Of a stretch of 62,343 nucleotides of DNA, positions 39,625 to 53,235 are shown one piece after another. The notes under the pieces are model-generated. The model made no database searches and had not been told where the DNA came from. It saw only the letters and a list, made by a program, of their open reading frames with translations. Source of the stretch: Chiloscyllium plagiosum (Eukaryota); the NCBI RefSeq assembly GCF_004010195.1, contig NC_057719.1, forward strand, positions 88,548,333 through 88,610,675, in the 5' to 3' direction. Made by a program: the position numbers and the translations under genes. Numbering within the stretch: position 1 is the first letter of the stretch; each line of letters starts with the position of its first letter.

Positions 39625-40997
39625 ATTAAGCCAAAACACCATATGCTTTCTTAACAACCCTGTTCACTTGGGTGGCCATTTTAAGGGATCTATGTACCTG
39701 CACCCCAAGATCCCTCTGTTCCTCCACACTGCCAAGAATCCTATCCTTAATCCTAACTCAGCTTTTCAAATTCGACCTTCCAAAATGCATCACCTCGCAT
39801 TTATCCAGGTTGAACTCCACCTGCCACCTCTCAGCCCATCTCTGCACCCTGTCAATGTCCCGCTGCAGCCTACAACAGCCCTCTATACTGTCAACGACAC
39901 CTTCAACCTTTGTGTCATCTGCAAACTTGCTGACCCATCCTTCAAGCCCCTCATCCAAGTCATTAATAAAAATTACAAACAATAGAGGCCCAAGGACAGA
40001 GCCCTGTGGAACACCACTCACCACAGACTTCCAGGCAGAATAATTTCCTTCTACTACCACTCACTGTCTTCTGTTGGCCAGCCAATTCTGGATCCAGACA
40101 GCTATGTTCCCCTGAATCCCATTCCTCCTGACCTTCTGAATGAATCTACCATGGGGAGCCTTATCAAATGCCTTGCTGAAGTCCATATACACCACATCCA
40201 CAGCTCGACCCTCATCAACTTTTCTAGTCACATCCTCAAAGAACTCGATAAGGTTTGTGAGGCATGACCTGCCCCTCACAAAGCCATGTTGACTGCATTT
40301 AATCAAGCCATGCTCTTCCAGATGGTCATAAATCCTATCCCTCAGAATCCTTTCTAACACCTTGCAGACGACAGACGTGAGACTTAACTGGTCTGTAATT
40401 GCCGGGGATTTCCCTATTTCCTTTCTTGAAGAGAGGAATTACATTTGCCTCTCTCCAATCCTCAGGTACGACTCCAGTGGAGAGCGAGGGTGAAAAGATC
40501 TTCGCAAGTGGCGAAGCAATTACATTTCTCGTTTTCCAAAGCAGCCGAGGACAAATCTGGTCCGGGCCTGGCGACTTGTCAATCTTATTTGACAAAATTT
40601 TCAGCACATCAGCTTCCTCTATCTCTATCCATTTCAGCATGCGCACACCTGCTCTTCAAAGGTTTCATTCACTACAAAGTTCATTTCTTTCGTAAAGACA
40701 GAAGTAAAAAACTCATTTAGTGCTTCCCCTACCTCCTCAGACTCCACACACAAATTCCCTATGCTATCCCTGATCAGCCCTACTCTTTCTTTGACCATTC
40801 TCTTATTCCTCACATAAGTGTAAAATGCCTTTGTGTTCTCCCTAATCCGTTCTGCCACCTTATGTAAGCTACCTTTTTCCTTTTGACGAGAAGCTCCACC
40901 GCTCTCGTCATCCAAGGTTCCTTTATCTTACCACTTCTTGCCTGTCTCAAAGGGACATATTTATTCATCACTTGCAACAAATGTTCCTTAAACAGTC
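39625..40997 (-). mobile_element. CR1-clade LINE ORF2 fragment, little decayed
   Basis: ORFs 39758-40915 carry the RT motifs. Confidence 0.9.
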
Positions 40998-43161
40998 AAG
41001 GTAGATTGGCCATGTTAAATTGTCCTGTAGTGTCCAGGGATCTGCAGGCTAGGTGGGTTAGTGGAGGTAAAGGGATAGGGTTGGAGGTATGGATCTGGGT
41101 GGGATGCACTTTGGAGGGTTGATGCAGACACGATGGGCCAAATGGCCTCTTTCTGCTCTGTTGTAATTCTATGATTCTAACAGACTGATCTGATACAAGA
41201 AGTTGGGGTGGGGAAGTGAAGAAGAAAATAAGACAAAGAGGGAAATATAAGTACAGATAGTAAACAACATGAAAAGAAAGCCAAAAATCCCTTACCAGCT
41301 TCTAAATGATAAGCAGCTATTAAGAGGCACGATGTGTCCTATGAGAGACAAATATGATAATACGCTTAAATGTACTGGGCAAGTACTTTGTTTTGGCATT
41401 TCCTAAGGAAAAGGATGTTGCCAAACTATTGTAGGAAAGTTGGTAAAGATTTGAGAAAGACTGACGATGCTTAGATTGGATAAGTTGTTTTGCATGCACC
41501 ACCAGGTAAGAGAAAGGAAATTGAGATAGAAACGGTGTAAAGGAATTGCCATAATTCTAACTATCTTCTCTAGATACTACTGTAATGTATCAGTGGATTG
41601 GAGAGTGGCAAATACGTTTTCCTTTATTAGTTCTTGGAATGTGGGTGTCACTGGCAAAGGCCAATATTAGTTGCCCATCCCTAACTGCCTGTGAATGAGT
41701 AGCTTGCTGGGTGATTTCAGAGGGCAGTTAAGAGTCAACTACATAGCTATGGGTCTGGAGTTACATGCAGGCCATACCAGATAAGGTTAAGCAGATTTTT
41801 CTTCCCTTAAGGAAGATGGGTTTTAAAAGATATCAATGATAATCCTATTAGTTGAATTTAAATTTCAGCAGCTGCCACAGTGAGTGAGCAGCAGGATATT
41901 TTATTTAGGCCTCTGGTTAACCAGTCCAGTGACATTACCACCATACACTCCCTTGTGCTATGATTAAAGACATGTGGAATCTAATTAGAAAGTTTAAAAT
42001 TGCAGTCTTTTAAGTAAAAGCCAGCAGGATTCTACATATCCAAGTCCTTACCTGGACTTCAAATAATATCTTCACTAGTTATATCCACAAAAATAATAAA
42101 TAAAAATCCACATCGTTCAGCCTTGTTCATTTGACGTACAACTGGTCTTTAACGATGATGTGAGTAGGCAATGCTGTTGAACAACCAAAAAAAAGCCCAA
42201 AATACTAAAATCTATATGATTGTTAAATTATTAATCGTTTGTTTATGTTACAGTTTCTATTTTCACCTCGATCTTTACTTATGTAAGTTTTTTTAGAAAG
42301 TGATTTGATTATTTGTCCCTTTCTCTGGATGTGGCTTGTTAAAATTCTTTGCAATTGACTATTTTGACAGCTTGATGACAATGCTGTAACTCAATGTTGG
42401 GAATCCCAATTAAACTACCTCTCTTGTGCAGTCAGTTGTGGAGCAAAGCTATTGTCACAGCAATTGCTACATCTCTCAGCACAAAAATAAATGGTTTAAA
42501 ATAAAATCAAGTCTTAAATGTTTAGATATTTTGAAGAATCAGAATTTGGAAAATATATGCTGGCTGGTCTAGTAACTTGATGGAATTTTATTTGTCTGTT
42601 GTTAAATATTCCAATTAAAATGTCACAAAATACTGCTTCCAAAGCTTTCTCACATATAAACTGCTGGCTTCTTACCATTTCACAGAGACTAATCATTTTT
42701 GTAACCACGCATCAAAAGATTGCTATATAGTCATTACAACTTGCAGGTCTGCACTAATTAGTCTGTTGGATTCAGAGTTGCAAGTTGGTCCAAAATGTAA
42801 TGGAAAATACCTTTTACTATCTACCCATACAGTAGAGTGGACCATGATTTGTAACAATGAAATTTGCTGAGTGTCTCCTGGAAGCTGTGACCCTGCATGA
42901 TTCCCTTTACACTTCATGGACAGAGGCAAGATACTGCAGATATTAGAAATCTGAAGTGAAACAGAAAATGCTGGAAATACTAAAATGTGGCAGTATTTTT
43001 GGAGAGAGAAACAGAGCTAATGCTTCCGATGTGTGATGCTGACCTGAAACATTAACTCTGCACAGATTCTGCATAACCTGCTGAGCATTTCCTGATTTTT
43101 TTTCAAGGAATATCTCTTGTTCTCCAACGAATTTTCCCATGCCAAGCTGTCTATATGATGC

Positions 43162-43292
43162 TGTGTTGCTGGAAGATCTTATGTCCGAAACGTCGATTCT
43201 CCTGTTCCTTGGATGCTGCCTGACCTGCTGCGCTTTTCCAGCAACACATTTTCAGCTCTGATCTCCAGCATCTGCAGTCCTCACTTTCTCTT
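43162..43292 (+). mobile_element. Penelope-like short element
   Basis: 15-bp TSD ctgtctatatgatgc (43147-43161 / 43293-43307). Confidence 0.8.
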
Positions 43293-43639
43293 CTGTCTAT
43301 ATGATGCAGTTTCTTCCCTCAATCTGATAGGTTCAAATAAATTAATCAAATTCAGCATATTAAGTAGGTTGCCAGATTACAGTACTAAATCCTACTATTT
43401 TGAAATGATATAAAAAGTATCAACTTCTATCTAAACAACATCGTTTACAAACTTGACATCCCTACATGCTATCTATCCAATTTAAATAGTTTAACTAAGA
43501 TGCAGGTTTTAGTTGCGTGTATAGCAGATGCTTCAGGTTATGTGTAGGAATTTAAAGTTCAAAGTTACTGCTGATGGTAACCATAGACACTGATATTCCT
43601 TGTCCGCTATGTAGCAGAGATCTGGTGTTTAAAATAAAA

Positions 43640-43905
43640 ATGAACTTTGTATTTGTAGAGCACCTGTACAATCTCAGGCTGTTCCAATATATGCGTCCAT
43701 TTACAAAGTACTTTGGAATTGTAGTTATCTGTTGTAATATGGAAAGCTATATTGCTTACAGCAAATTCACACAATTAGATAACAGTTAGATTATCAATTT
43801 TAATTATACTGGTTGAGGGATATGTATTGAGCAGGATACGAAGGCACAATTTGCTGACTTTCTTCAAAATAATGCGGTAGGACCTTTTATATCCATCAGA
43901 GAGGG
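43640..43905 (-). mobile_element. Old DeuSINE/SacSINE1-like SINE remnant (similar pieces near 14700-14960 and 50920-51195)
   Basis: Motifs tggttgagggat...ttcttcaaaataatgc...ttttatatccatcagagaggg resemble the reverse strand of Deu-domain SINEs (recognised from memory). Confidence 0.45.
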
Positions 43906-44314
43906 AAAGCAAAGCAGAAATACAGCAGAATTGGGAGCAGCAATAGACCACTTGCCTCTTCAGCTACTCGATAAGATCATGACTTGAGCTCCATTTTCTT
44001 GTCAGTCCCCATAACCGACTCCCTTTTTACAATCAAAAATAAGTCCAATTCAGCCTTGAACATGTTCGGTGGCCCAGTCTTCACTACTCTGGAGATGAAA
44101 ATTCCATAGACTAACTACTGAGAGAAAAAAGAAGTCTCATAACAATCTTAAATGTGCAATACTTAGTTTAAAACTATGGTCCTAAGCTCTAGACCCCTCA
44201 AGGGGAAACATCCTTTCAATATCTATCCTGTCAAGACCCCTTAGAGTTCGATGTTTCAGTAAAATCACTTCTCATTCTCCAAAATTTTAATGTCCAAGTC
44301 TGACCACCTAAATT

Positions 44315-44440
44315 CTATTCCTGATGAAGGGCTTAGGCCAAAACGTCAACTCTCCTGCTCCTCGGATGCTGCCTAACCTGCTGTGCTTTTCCAGGATCAC
44401 ACATTTTGACTCTGATCTCCAGCATCTGCCATCCTCACTG
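44315..44440 (+). mobile_element. Penelope-like pLTR fragment
   Basis: ctgatgaagggcttaggccaaaacgtc...ctccagcatctgc family motif. Confidence 0.65.
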
Positions 44441-46338
44441 TTTTCTGAACTCTTATGATATCAAGAATTGAGTCGACCTGTTCCTAACTGTAGAACAGAG
44501 TGGTGCTGGAAAAGAGGTAAAAACAATGACTGCAGATGCTGGAAACCAGATTCTGGATCAGTGGTGCTGGAAGAGCACAGCAATACATGAATGGGGGTGG
44601 GGATGATTGTGCACCATAGTCTCAAGGCATTCTAATTAAGATCTTGTTCAGCAACTTTTCTCTACTTTTGAACCTGCTACCCTTGCAATGAACAGCAACA
44701 TTTCATCCGTTGCCTTGATCACTTGTTAGACTGACATGTCACCTTTTTGTAATTCATGAGTACCCGGATCACTCTACACTGCAACATTCTTTGGTGGCTC
44801 TCGATTTAAATGTATTGATTTGTTTTTAATTCTTTCTTCCAAAGTGTATAAGTTCATACCGTGCAGCATTATACTTCATCTGCCAGATTAATGCCTACTC
44901 AACTAAGCTATCCAAATCCTCTTGCAAACTCTGTACCCTTTCATGACTTACTTTCTTCCCTGTCATTGTGTCGTAGTGTTGTACAGCAGGCCCTTCAGTC
45001 CAACCAGTCCGTGCTGACCAGATATCATAAATTAATCTGCTTTTTCTGATCTAGGGTGGATTGGTTTGAGGAAAAGCTTTGAGCCAATTTCAGCTGCATT
45101 ATACAAATCCCCCCCAAAGATAATAGTTGATGGCTTCTCTTGAAATAAGGTAAAAGACAAAACACATGTTCTAATAGAGTCCCAATGTGGCAAGGCTGTG
45201 ATGACATACTATACTTAAGTTGTGATCTACAAAATACCTCCTAGGGAAATATCCTTTTCTGCTGATTGGAACGAAACATGCCCACGTATGGCTGGATGTG
45301 CTTGATATCAGGCTTGTGCACGCAGTGCTAAAAGTAGTTCAGTGACTTAACCAGGCCAGGAAAGGTGAGTATGGTGAGGTTCAAAGTGTACTGGTGATGT
45401 CACTGGACTAGTAATCCTAATGCTTTGGGGATATGGGTTCGAAAAACATCTTTCGAAATCTGTCATCCTTTCCTGGGCTGGCGTACGTGTGACTTCTGAT
45501 CCACAGCAATGTGTGTGGTTGATTCTTATCTGCCCAAAGGCCCAAGCAAGCCACTCAGTTCAATGATTAATTTAGGATAGGCAATAAATGCTGGCCAGGC
45601 CAGTAATTCCAATATCCCATGATGACATTTTTTAAAAAAAGCTACATTCAGATGTGAATACAAGCTGTCCTCCCTCAAGCTGCTTGAAGCCTCCATCTGT
45701 ATATTATTTCTGTAATGCCAACTTCGTCTTGCAGCTGCCCACACACTTGTTCACATCCATCTGTCCACGCTAATCTTAAACTAACTTCACACCTCTTTCA
45801 TTGTACCCATCAATGATGAAAGTTCATCCGTCTGTATAACACATACCATTACACGCAGTAACAGGTCCCTTCTTGCCTCACTGGCAAGGGAAGACCATGC
45901 ATAACCCTTGGAAGGGGCAAACAACATGATATGCCAGAGATCAGTCAAAATTTGTGCCTGGGCATGGAAGATGGAAGGGCTCTCTAGGGTACCTGATGCT
46001 GGAATAACACATGTCATATCCATAGGGCATACAACATTCATATTAATTTAGTACAAACTATGGGCAGTCAGCCACAAATGCAAGCCTGGGCACAGCACAT
46101 CACATCACTGGTTGTTAAGTGGACAGACTGGCAAACATGGGATTAACTACCTGTATGAAGTGGGAACAAATACATAGCCTGCAAACGTGTCCTGCAGATC
46201 CTTGAAGGAAATTCAGGGTAGTTTGACAGTCACTGGTAGCACGTTGTCTTCCAAAAGGCTGCACGTGTCTGCCACAAGTTATAGCAGTGAAGTATTACTG
46301 CTTTCACTTGCCTGCTTTGTGCACCAGCTGTGTTTTTT

Positions 46339-46642
46339 TTAGATTACAGTGTGGAAACAGGGCCTTCGGCCCAACAAGTCCACACCGACTCTCTGAAGTG
46401 CAACCCACCCAGACCCATTCCCCCACATTTACCCCTTCACCTAACACTACAATTTAGCATGGCCAATTCACCTAACTTGCACATTTTTGGACTGTGGGAG
46501 GAAACCGGAGCACCCGGAGGAAACCCACGCAGACACAGGGAGAATGTGCAAACTCCACACAGACACGCCCAAGGCGGGAATTGAACGCAGGTCTCTGACG
46601 CTGTGAGGCAGCAGTGCTAACCACTGTGCCATCGTGCTGCCC
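46339..46642 (-). mobile_element. HE1 SINE
   Basis: Full-length reverse copy. Confidence 0.85.
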
Positions 46643-47054
46643 ACTTTTGCTGCTTCAGTTATCAGTGTTACAGAGGTGCCCTTTGGAAAATTGATGACTG
46701 CTTCTCCATCCAGGATGTGGTCTGCAGCCTGTAAGCTTTAATGTGGCAGTGTTTCTGCCATGTGTTTCGTCAGTGGCAGGTTAGAATCTTGCTAAATCTT
46801 TGGATTTAGGATCATAGCGAGGTACATTACGGAAACACCCTTTGGTCCAACACGTCCATGCCGACCAGATATTCTAAATTCATCCAGTCCCATTTGCCAG
46901 CATTTAGCCTATATCCCTCTAAATTCTTCCTACTCGTGTATCCTATCACGTACACTACCGATTTTGATGCATTCTGCAAACTTACTAACCATACCTCCTA
47001 TTCAGCTGCTGATATATAGCACTGACCTATCACAATCATTTCTACCTTTCCCCC

Positions 47055-47178
47055 AGACCTGATGAAGAGTTAAGCCCGAAATGTTTACTCTCTCTCCTCA
47101 GATGCTGTGTGACCTGCTGTGCTTTTTCCAGCACTGCTCTTTGACTGGCTTCTCCAGCATCTGCTGTCTTCACTATCT
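47055..47178 (+). mobile_element. Penelope-like pLTR fragment
   Basis: ctgatgaagagttaagcccgaaatg...ctccagcatctgc family motif. Confidence 0.6.
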
Positions 47179-48199
47179 TGTAGTTTGTAGCTATAAAGCC
47201 CTTTTCTATTTGAGGCATTGTCACTGCTGGAACATGTGACAGGTAGGGGCAATGGAGTCGTGGCATTGTCACTAAATTGCTAAACCCAGAGATGCTGGTA
47301 ATGTCCTGGGTATCAGGTTCAAATCTCACTATAGCAGATAAAGTTGAATTCAATACAATCTGGAATTAAATGTTAAGTTATGACCATGAAGCAATTATTG
47401 ATTGTCACAAAAGCCCATCTAGGTAAAAGTGAGGACTGCAGATGTTCGAAATCAGATTCGAGAGTGTGGTGCTGGAAAAGCACAGCAGGTCGGGCAGCAT
47501 CTGAGGAGCAAAAGAGTAGATGTTTCAGGCTTAATCTTTCATCAAGGCTCCATCTCCTCATTAACCTCCGACTCCCCACCCCTAACACCTCATCTTCACC
47601 ATAGAACCCCCAACCTAATCACTTAGCCACCATGCCACCTTTACTGCTATTATATCCAGTTACTCATGAGGAAAATTACATGGCAGAAGTTACACAACCA
47701 CCTACTTCATATTTGAACATTTCTATAATAGAGACCTCGGTTCAGGATTCCATTTGTTTCTTCCAGCTAGTTCTGCCATTCAGTTAAATCACAGCCAATC
47801 ATATTTGGCATTTTCAAATTTCCCACAGCCTCAGCAGCTTTTTGGGAGATGAGGCAGAGAATCTCACATTTCTCTCTCGAGTGAAGAAAAGCTTCATGAC
47901 CCCTGAATGGCCTAGCTCTTAATTTGAAGTTATACGCACCGCACCCCCCCCCCGTTCCAAAAGAGTTTTCTCTTTGATCGGATTCTTCAATCATGCAAAA
48001 TATCTTAATTAGATCCCCCCAACCCAATCTTCTAAATTCAAACGGAATAGAAGTCTAGCCTGCATTACTTATCTTATTCTTTAACTACTTTAACCCCAGA
48101 CATACCTAAAGATGAAGTGTTGACCTGGTCAAGCAACCAAATAGGTAGCCAGCATTTGGCCTATATATCCCCCTAAATTTATATGCCAGACAACATTAA

Positions 48200-49600
48200 C
48201 AACAAATGATAGACAGAGCTAAGCAATTCCATAACCTACGGATCAGATCTAAGCTCTGCTGTACTGCCACATCCAGTTGTGGACGGTGGTGGAGTATTAA
48301 TCAACTCACTGGAGGAAGAGGTGGTGGTGATGGAATGTCCAGTATACTAAAAGCAGGACAAATCCAACCCCAGCCAATTACAGCCCATCAGCCTACACTC
48401 GATCATCAGTAAAGTGATTGAAAGGTGTTACCAATAGTGCTATCAAACAGTATCTCCTCAGTGAGACCCAGTTTGGGTTCCACCAGCTTGCTGGATGTTA
48501 TTTCAACAATTCTTTTCAGACATGGACAAAAAAAAAGTTGCATGCCAGAGGCAAGGTGGTGATGAGAGCCCTTGACGTCAAGGAGCCCTAAAAAACCAAT
48601 AAGAATGGGGATCAGGCAAACTCTTTTCTGGTTGGAGTTATGCCTGGCACATTGGAAGATGGAAAAGCACTGCAAGTCAGGCAGCATCCAAATGCCCTAG
48701 GGCTTTTGCCCGAAACGTCGATTTTCCTGCTCCTCGAATGCCGCCTGATCTGCAGTGCTTTTCCATCACTATACTCTAGATTCTAATCTCCAGCATCTGC
48801 AGTACTCACTTTTGCCACCTTGGAAGATGGTTGTGGTTGCTGGACATCAGTCATCTCAGCTCCAGGACATGTCTGCAGGAGTTCCATAGAGTGGTGTCAT
48901 AGGCCCAACCATCTTAAGCTGCATCATCAATGAACTTCCCTCCATCATAAGTTCAGAAGTGGGGATGTTCACTGATGAATGCACAATGTACAGCACCATT
49001 CACAACTTCTCAGATACTGAAGCAGTCCATGTTCGAATTTATCATCACCATTGCTGAAATCCCCACATCCAAGGGGTTACCATTGACCATAAAGTGAACT
49101 GAACTATCCCTATATAAACTGTGATCACAATAGCAAGTCAGACGCTATGCAGTGATTAATTCATCCCGACTCCCAAAGCCTGTCTACCATTTACGAGGCA
49201 TGAGCCGGGAGTGTGGTCAAATGTTATCCAGTTGCTAAATTGACAAGATGGACCACTTGTTTTTTCATCATCTCCACCAATGAATTACAGTAACAGCAAT
49301 GTGTACCATTTACACAATGCACAGTAACAACTCACCAAGGCCCCTTAGACAGCATCTTCCAAATCATTGACCAGTACTGTCTCAAAGGATATAGCAGCAG
49401 ATATATCGGAACAGCATCTGCAAGCTCCCCTCCAAGCAACTCACTGTCTAGACTTGCAAATATATCACTGGTCTTTCATTGTCACTGGGTCAAATTCCTG
49501 CAACATTCTCCCTACCAATTTACCTAAAACAAATCATCACTACCTTCTGAAGAGAAATGGGGTGGTCAACATATGTTGACATAGCACTGTAAACCCTTGT
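48200..49600 (+). mobile_element. Decayed LINE of a different family
   Basis: aaagcaggacaaatccaac...aattacagcccatcagccta (NYxPISL), gcaggagttccatagagtggtgtcataggccc (GVP), atgttcactgatgaa (F.D.) remnants. Confidence 0.6.
48662..48819. mobile_element. Penelope-like short element inside a LINE
   Basis: Family motifs flanked by direct repeat ttggaagatgg. Confidence 0.7.
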
Positions 49601-50910
49601 CTCAAGAGTAAATAGCTAAACTTTCTAGATATTATGGAGGATTCCTTTGGTTTGGAAAATAGTGAATGTAACTTCTTTTAATAAAAATGGGGGAAACAGG
49701 CCAATTAGCCTAACATCTGTAATAGGGAAAATATCAGAGGGTATTATTCAAAGATGTTAGGCAAGAATGTTTAAGAAAATTCAACAAAAGTCAATATTGT
49801 TCTGTGAAAGGAAAGTGTGTTCTTTGAAGAAGTAACTGTACTGTGGATAAAGGGGCTCTGGCTATAGTGTTTTTAGATTACCAGAAGACAGTTGATGAGG
49901 TACCACATCAAAGGTTATTGTGAAAAAAACTCTTAGTGTGGAGCATAATATAGTGGCACAGATAAATAATTGGAGAAGGAAACAGTTTGTTCAGTAATTT
50001 TCTGGTTGGAAAGATTTTAATGTGTGTGCCACAGGGATTGGGCTGGGTTTCAACTTCTTACAAGTCATTTGAAAGGAACCAAAGGCAGGGTTGCTATATT
50101 TTATGTTAACCCAAAGTAGGAAAGTAAGTTGTGAAGAGGACATAATCCATCTGTAACACTTGTAGTTACATTTAAGTGAATGGGTAAAGATTTGGGAAAT
50201 GGACTATAATGTGGGAAAGTTTGTAATTGTTTGTTTTGGCAGGAGAAATGAAATAAAGAATATTATGAAAATAGAGTTATCACAGAGCTCTAATTTGTAC
50301 AAGGATCTGGCATCCGACTGCATGATTTGCAAAAGGATAGGAAAGGGGATATTCAGGTACAGCAAGTTGGTAGAAAGTCTAATAGTATATTACCACTTAC
50401 GATAAAGGAAATTGAATACAAAAGTAGGGAGGCTATGCTCCAGTAATACAGAGCATTGTTGTGATCAAATCTGGAGTACGGTGTACAGTATTGGTCTTCT
50501 TATTTGAGCAAGGATATAAATGGGTTGGAACAGTTCAGAGAAAACTTGCCAAACTAATACCTGCAATGAGTTGTCTTATGAGAAGTGGTTGGACAGGCTA
50601 GGCCTGTAGTTTAGAAAAGATGAGCTGATTGAAAAACAAGATCCCAAAGGGTCTTGACATGGATCTGGAAAGGATGAACAATCTAGAACAAAGGGTCACT
50701 GTTTAAAAATAAGAGCTTGCCCAAAAGGAAGCAGAGTCTGTGAATGTTTTAAGACAGCGACAAGTTCTTCATGTGCAAGGAAGTGAAAGTTTGAGTGTAG
50801 ACGGGAATGTGGATTTGAAATTGCAGTCAGATCAGTCATGGTCTTATTAAATGGTGGGGGTAGGGTGGAGATGCTGGGTGGGCCTACTTGTGCTCCTAAC
50901 TCATATGTTC
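49600..50910 (+). mobile_element. Highly decayed CR1-type LINE
   Basis: Degenerate RT and 3' region motifs (ctggagtacggtgtacagtattggtct). Confidence 0.6.
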
Positions 50911-51198
50911 ATAATGTCCATAATGTAGGAAGTCCACACAGCAAACTTACATACAAAACAGTGTGACAGTGACCAATCATCTGTTTGAGGGAGAACTATT
51001 GTCCAGACTACCAGAGAGAATACCCTTGTTCTTTTTTGAAATCCTTGAGTGAGATTGTTTACAGCCACAAAAGTGCAAAAAAGATCTGATTCATTGACTC
51101 CTCATTGACACGTGATAACTCCAACAGTACACCCAGTACTGCACTCTAAATGTTCCCCTAGGCTTTGTGCTCATGTGTCTGGGTTGAATTTGAATCTA

Positions 51199-51336
51199 CA
51201 GAGGAACATTGATTATCTGGCATTCAATTATCCAAATTTCGGATTATCTGGCAAGATCGCAAGATCCCCATGCTTGGCTAAACTATGTTATCCAGCATTC
51301 GATTAACTTGTCCTTCAGATAAATGAGGTTCCTCCG
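51199..51336. mobile_element. Tigger/pogo-like MITE
   Basis: TA|cagaggaacattgattatc ... gataaatgaggttcctccg|TA: imperfect terminal inverted repeats with TA flanks and internal gattatc repeats. Confidence 0.6.
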
Positions 51337-51719
51337 TACAAACTTTTGTTCCAAATGAGTGCAGTACCAAATAAGTCTTAAATGATATCCAGCAGGAAAC
51401 CTGATAATACCCGACCGTGTCTAATTTATAACTTGACTCCACTTTTAAACACATTAAATTTGAATTGTTTATCATTCTATCAAAACAGCAATTTGACCTT
51501 GTGTAGCAGAGAATGATAACAATTGATGGGGAACATTTTCCATAGCTTAAGAAGTTAAGCAAGTTTATCTACAGAATGCATTCAAATAAGACAGATCATG
51601 TTTGTAAAAGTGAAAAACAACTACAATAAGGTTACTTAAGTGAAATTTCAAGACACTAGGGGAAAATGGGAGCAGAAGAGTACACTCAAAAGCTAGAAGC
51701 TGCATAAACATACATCACT

Positions 51720-53235
51720 TTCCCAAGGAGCTTTGCTTAATTGTCTTGAAATGCATAAAAGTGGATAAATCCCCAGGGCCTGATCAGGTGTACCCTAGAA
51801 CTCTGTGGAAAGCTAGAGAAGTGATTGATAGCCCCTTGCTGAAATACTTGTATCATCGATAGTCACAGGTGAGGTGGACTGGAGTTTAGCTAATGTGGTG
51901 CCACTATTTAAGAAAGGTGGTAAGGACAAGACAGGGAACTATAGACTGGTGAACCTGACATTGGTAGGCAAGTTGTTTAGAAATAATCCTGTGGGATAGG
52001 ATGTACGTGTAATTGGAAAGGCAAGGTCTGATTAGGGATAGTCAACATGGCTTTGTGCGTGGGAAATCATGTCTCACAAACTTGATTGAGTTTTTTGAAG
52101 AAGTAACAAAGGAGGATTGATGAGGGCAGAGCAGTAGACGTGATCTATATTGACTTCAGTAAGGCGTTTGACAAGGTTCCCCACGGGAGACTGGTTAGCA
52201 TGGTTTGAGCTCATGGAATACAGGGAGAACAGCCATTTGGACCAAGAGCTGGCTGAAAGGTAGAAGACAGAGGGTTGTGGTGGAGGGTTGTTTTTCAGAC
52301 TCCAGGCCTGTGACTAGTGGAGTGCCACAAGGATGGGTGTTGGGTCCACTAGTTTTCATCATTTATATAAATTATTTAGATGTAACCGTAAGAGGTCTAG
52401 TTAGTAAATTTGCAGATGATACCAAAACTGGAGCTGTAGTGGACAGCGAAAAAGGTTACCTTGGATTACAATGGGATCTTGATCAGATGGGGTTTAATTT
52501 AGATAAATGCAAGGTGCTGCATTTTGGGAAAGCAAATCTTGGCAGGACTTATACACTTAATGGTAATGTCCTAGGGAGTGTTGCTGAACAAAGAGACCTT
52601 GGAGTGCAGGTACTTAGCTCGTTGAAAGTAGAGTCGCAGGTAGATAGGATAGTGAGAAGGCGTTTGGTATGCTTTCCTTTATTGGTCACAGTATTGAGTA
52701 CAGGAATTGGGAGGACATGTTGCAACTGTACAGGACATTGGTTTGGCTACTTTTGGAATATTGTGAGAAATTCTGGTCTCCTTCCTATCGGAAGGATGTT
52801 GTGAAACTTGAAAGGGTTCAGAAAAGATTTACAAGGATGTTGCCAGGGTTGGAGAATTTGAACTATTTGGAGAGGTTGAATAGGCTGGGACTGTTTTCCC
52901 TGGCGCATTGTAGGCTGAGGGTGACCTTCTAGAGGTTTATAAAATCATGAGGGGCATGGATAGGATAAATAGGCAAGTTCTTTTCCCTGGGGTGGGGGAG
53001 TCCAGAACTAGTGGGCATAGGGTGGTATGTGTAATGAACTGCCAGAGGAGGTGTTGGAGGCTAGTACAATTGCAACATTTAAAAGGCATGTGGATGGGTA
53101 TATGATTAGGAAGGGTTTGGAGGGATATGGGCCAGGTGCTGGCAGGTGGGACTAGGTTGGGTTGGGATATCCGGTTGTCATGGATGAGTTGGACCGAAGA
53201 GTCTGTTTCTATGCTGTACATCTCTGTGACTCTTG
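51720..53235 (+). mobile_element. CR1-clade LINE ORF2 3' half
   Basis: ORFs 52205-52932 with GVPQG and SKFADDTK; 3' UTR ends tctctgtgactc. Confidence 0.9.

Noticed and set aside
46200..46330. Harbinger transposase-like remnant on the minus strand (LVADTCSLLED..LPVTVK)
   Set aside because: Resemblance is short and frameshifted; cannot be supported without a search.
163..46642. Many recurring 60-130 aa ORFs (MVSTAASQRQ, WKQALRPNK, CCWKSAAGQ types)
   Set aside because: Translations of HE1 SINE and Penelope-like repeats, not genes.
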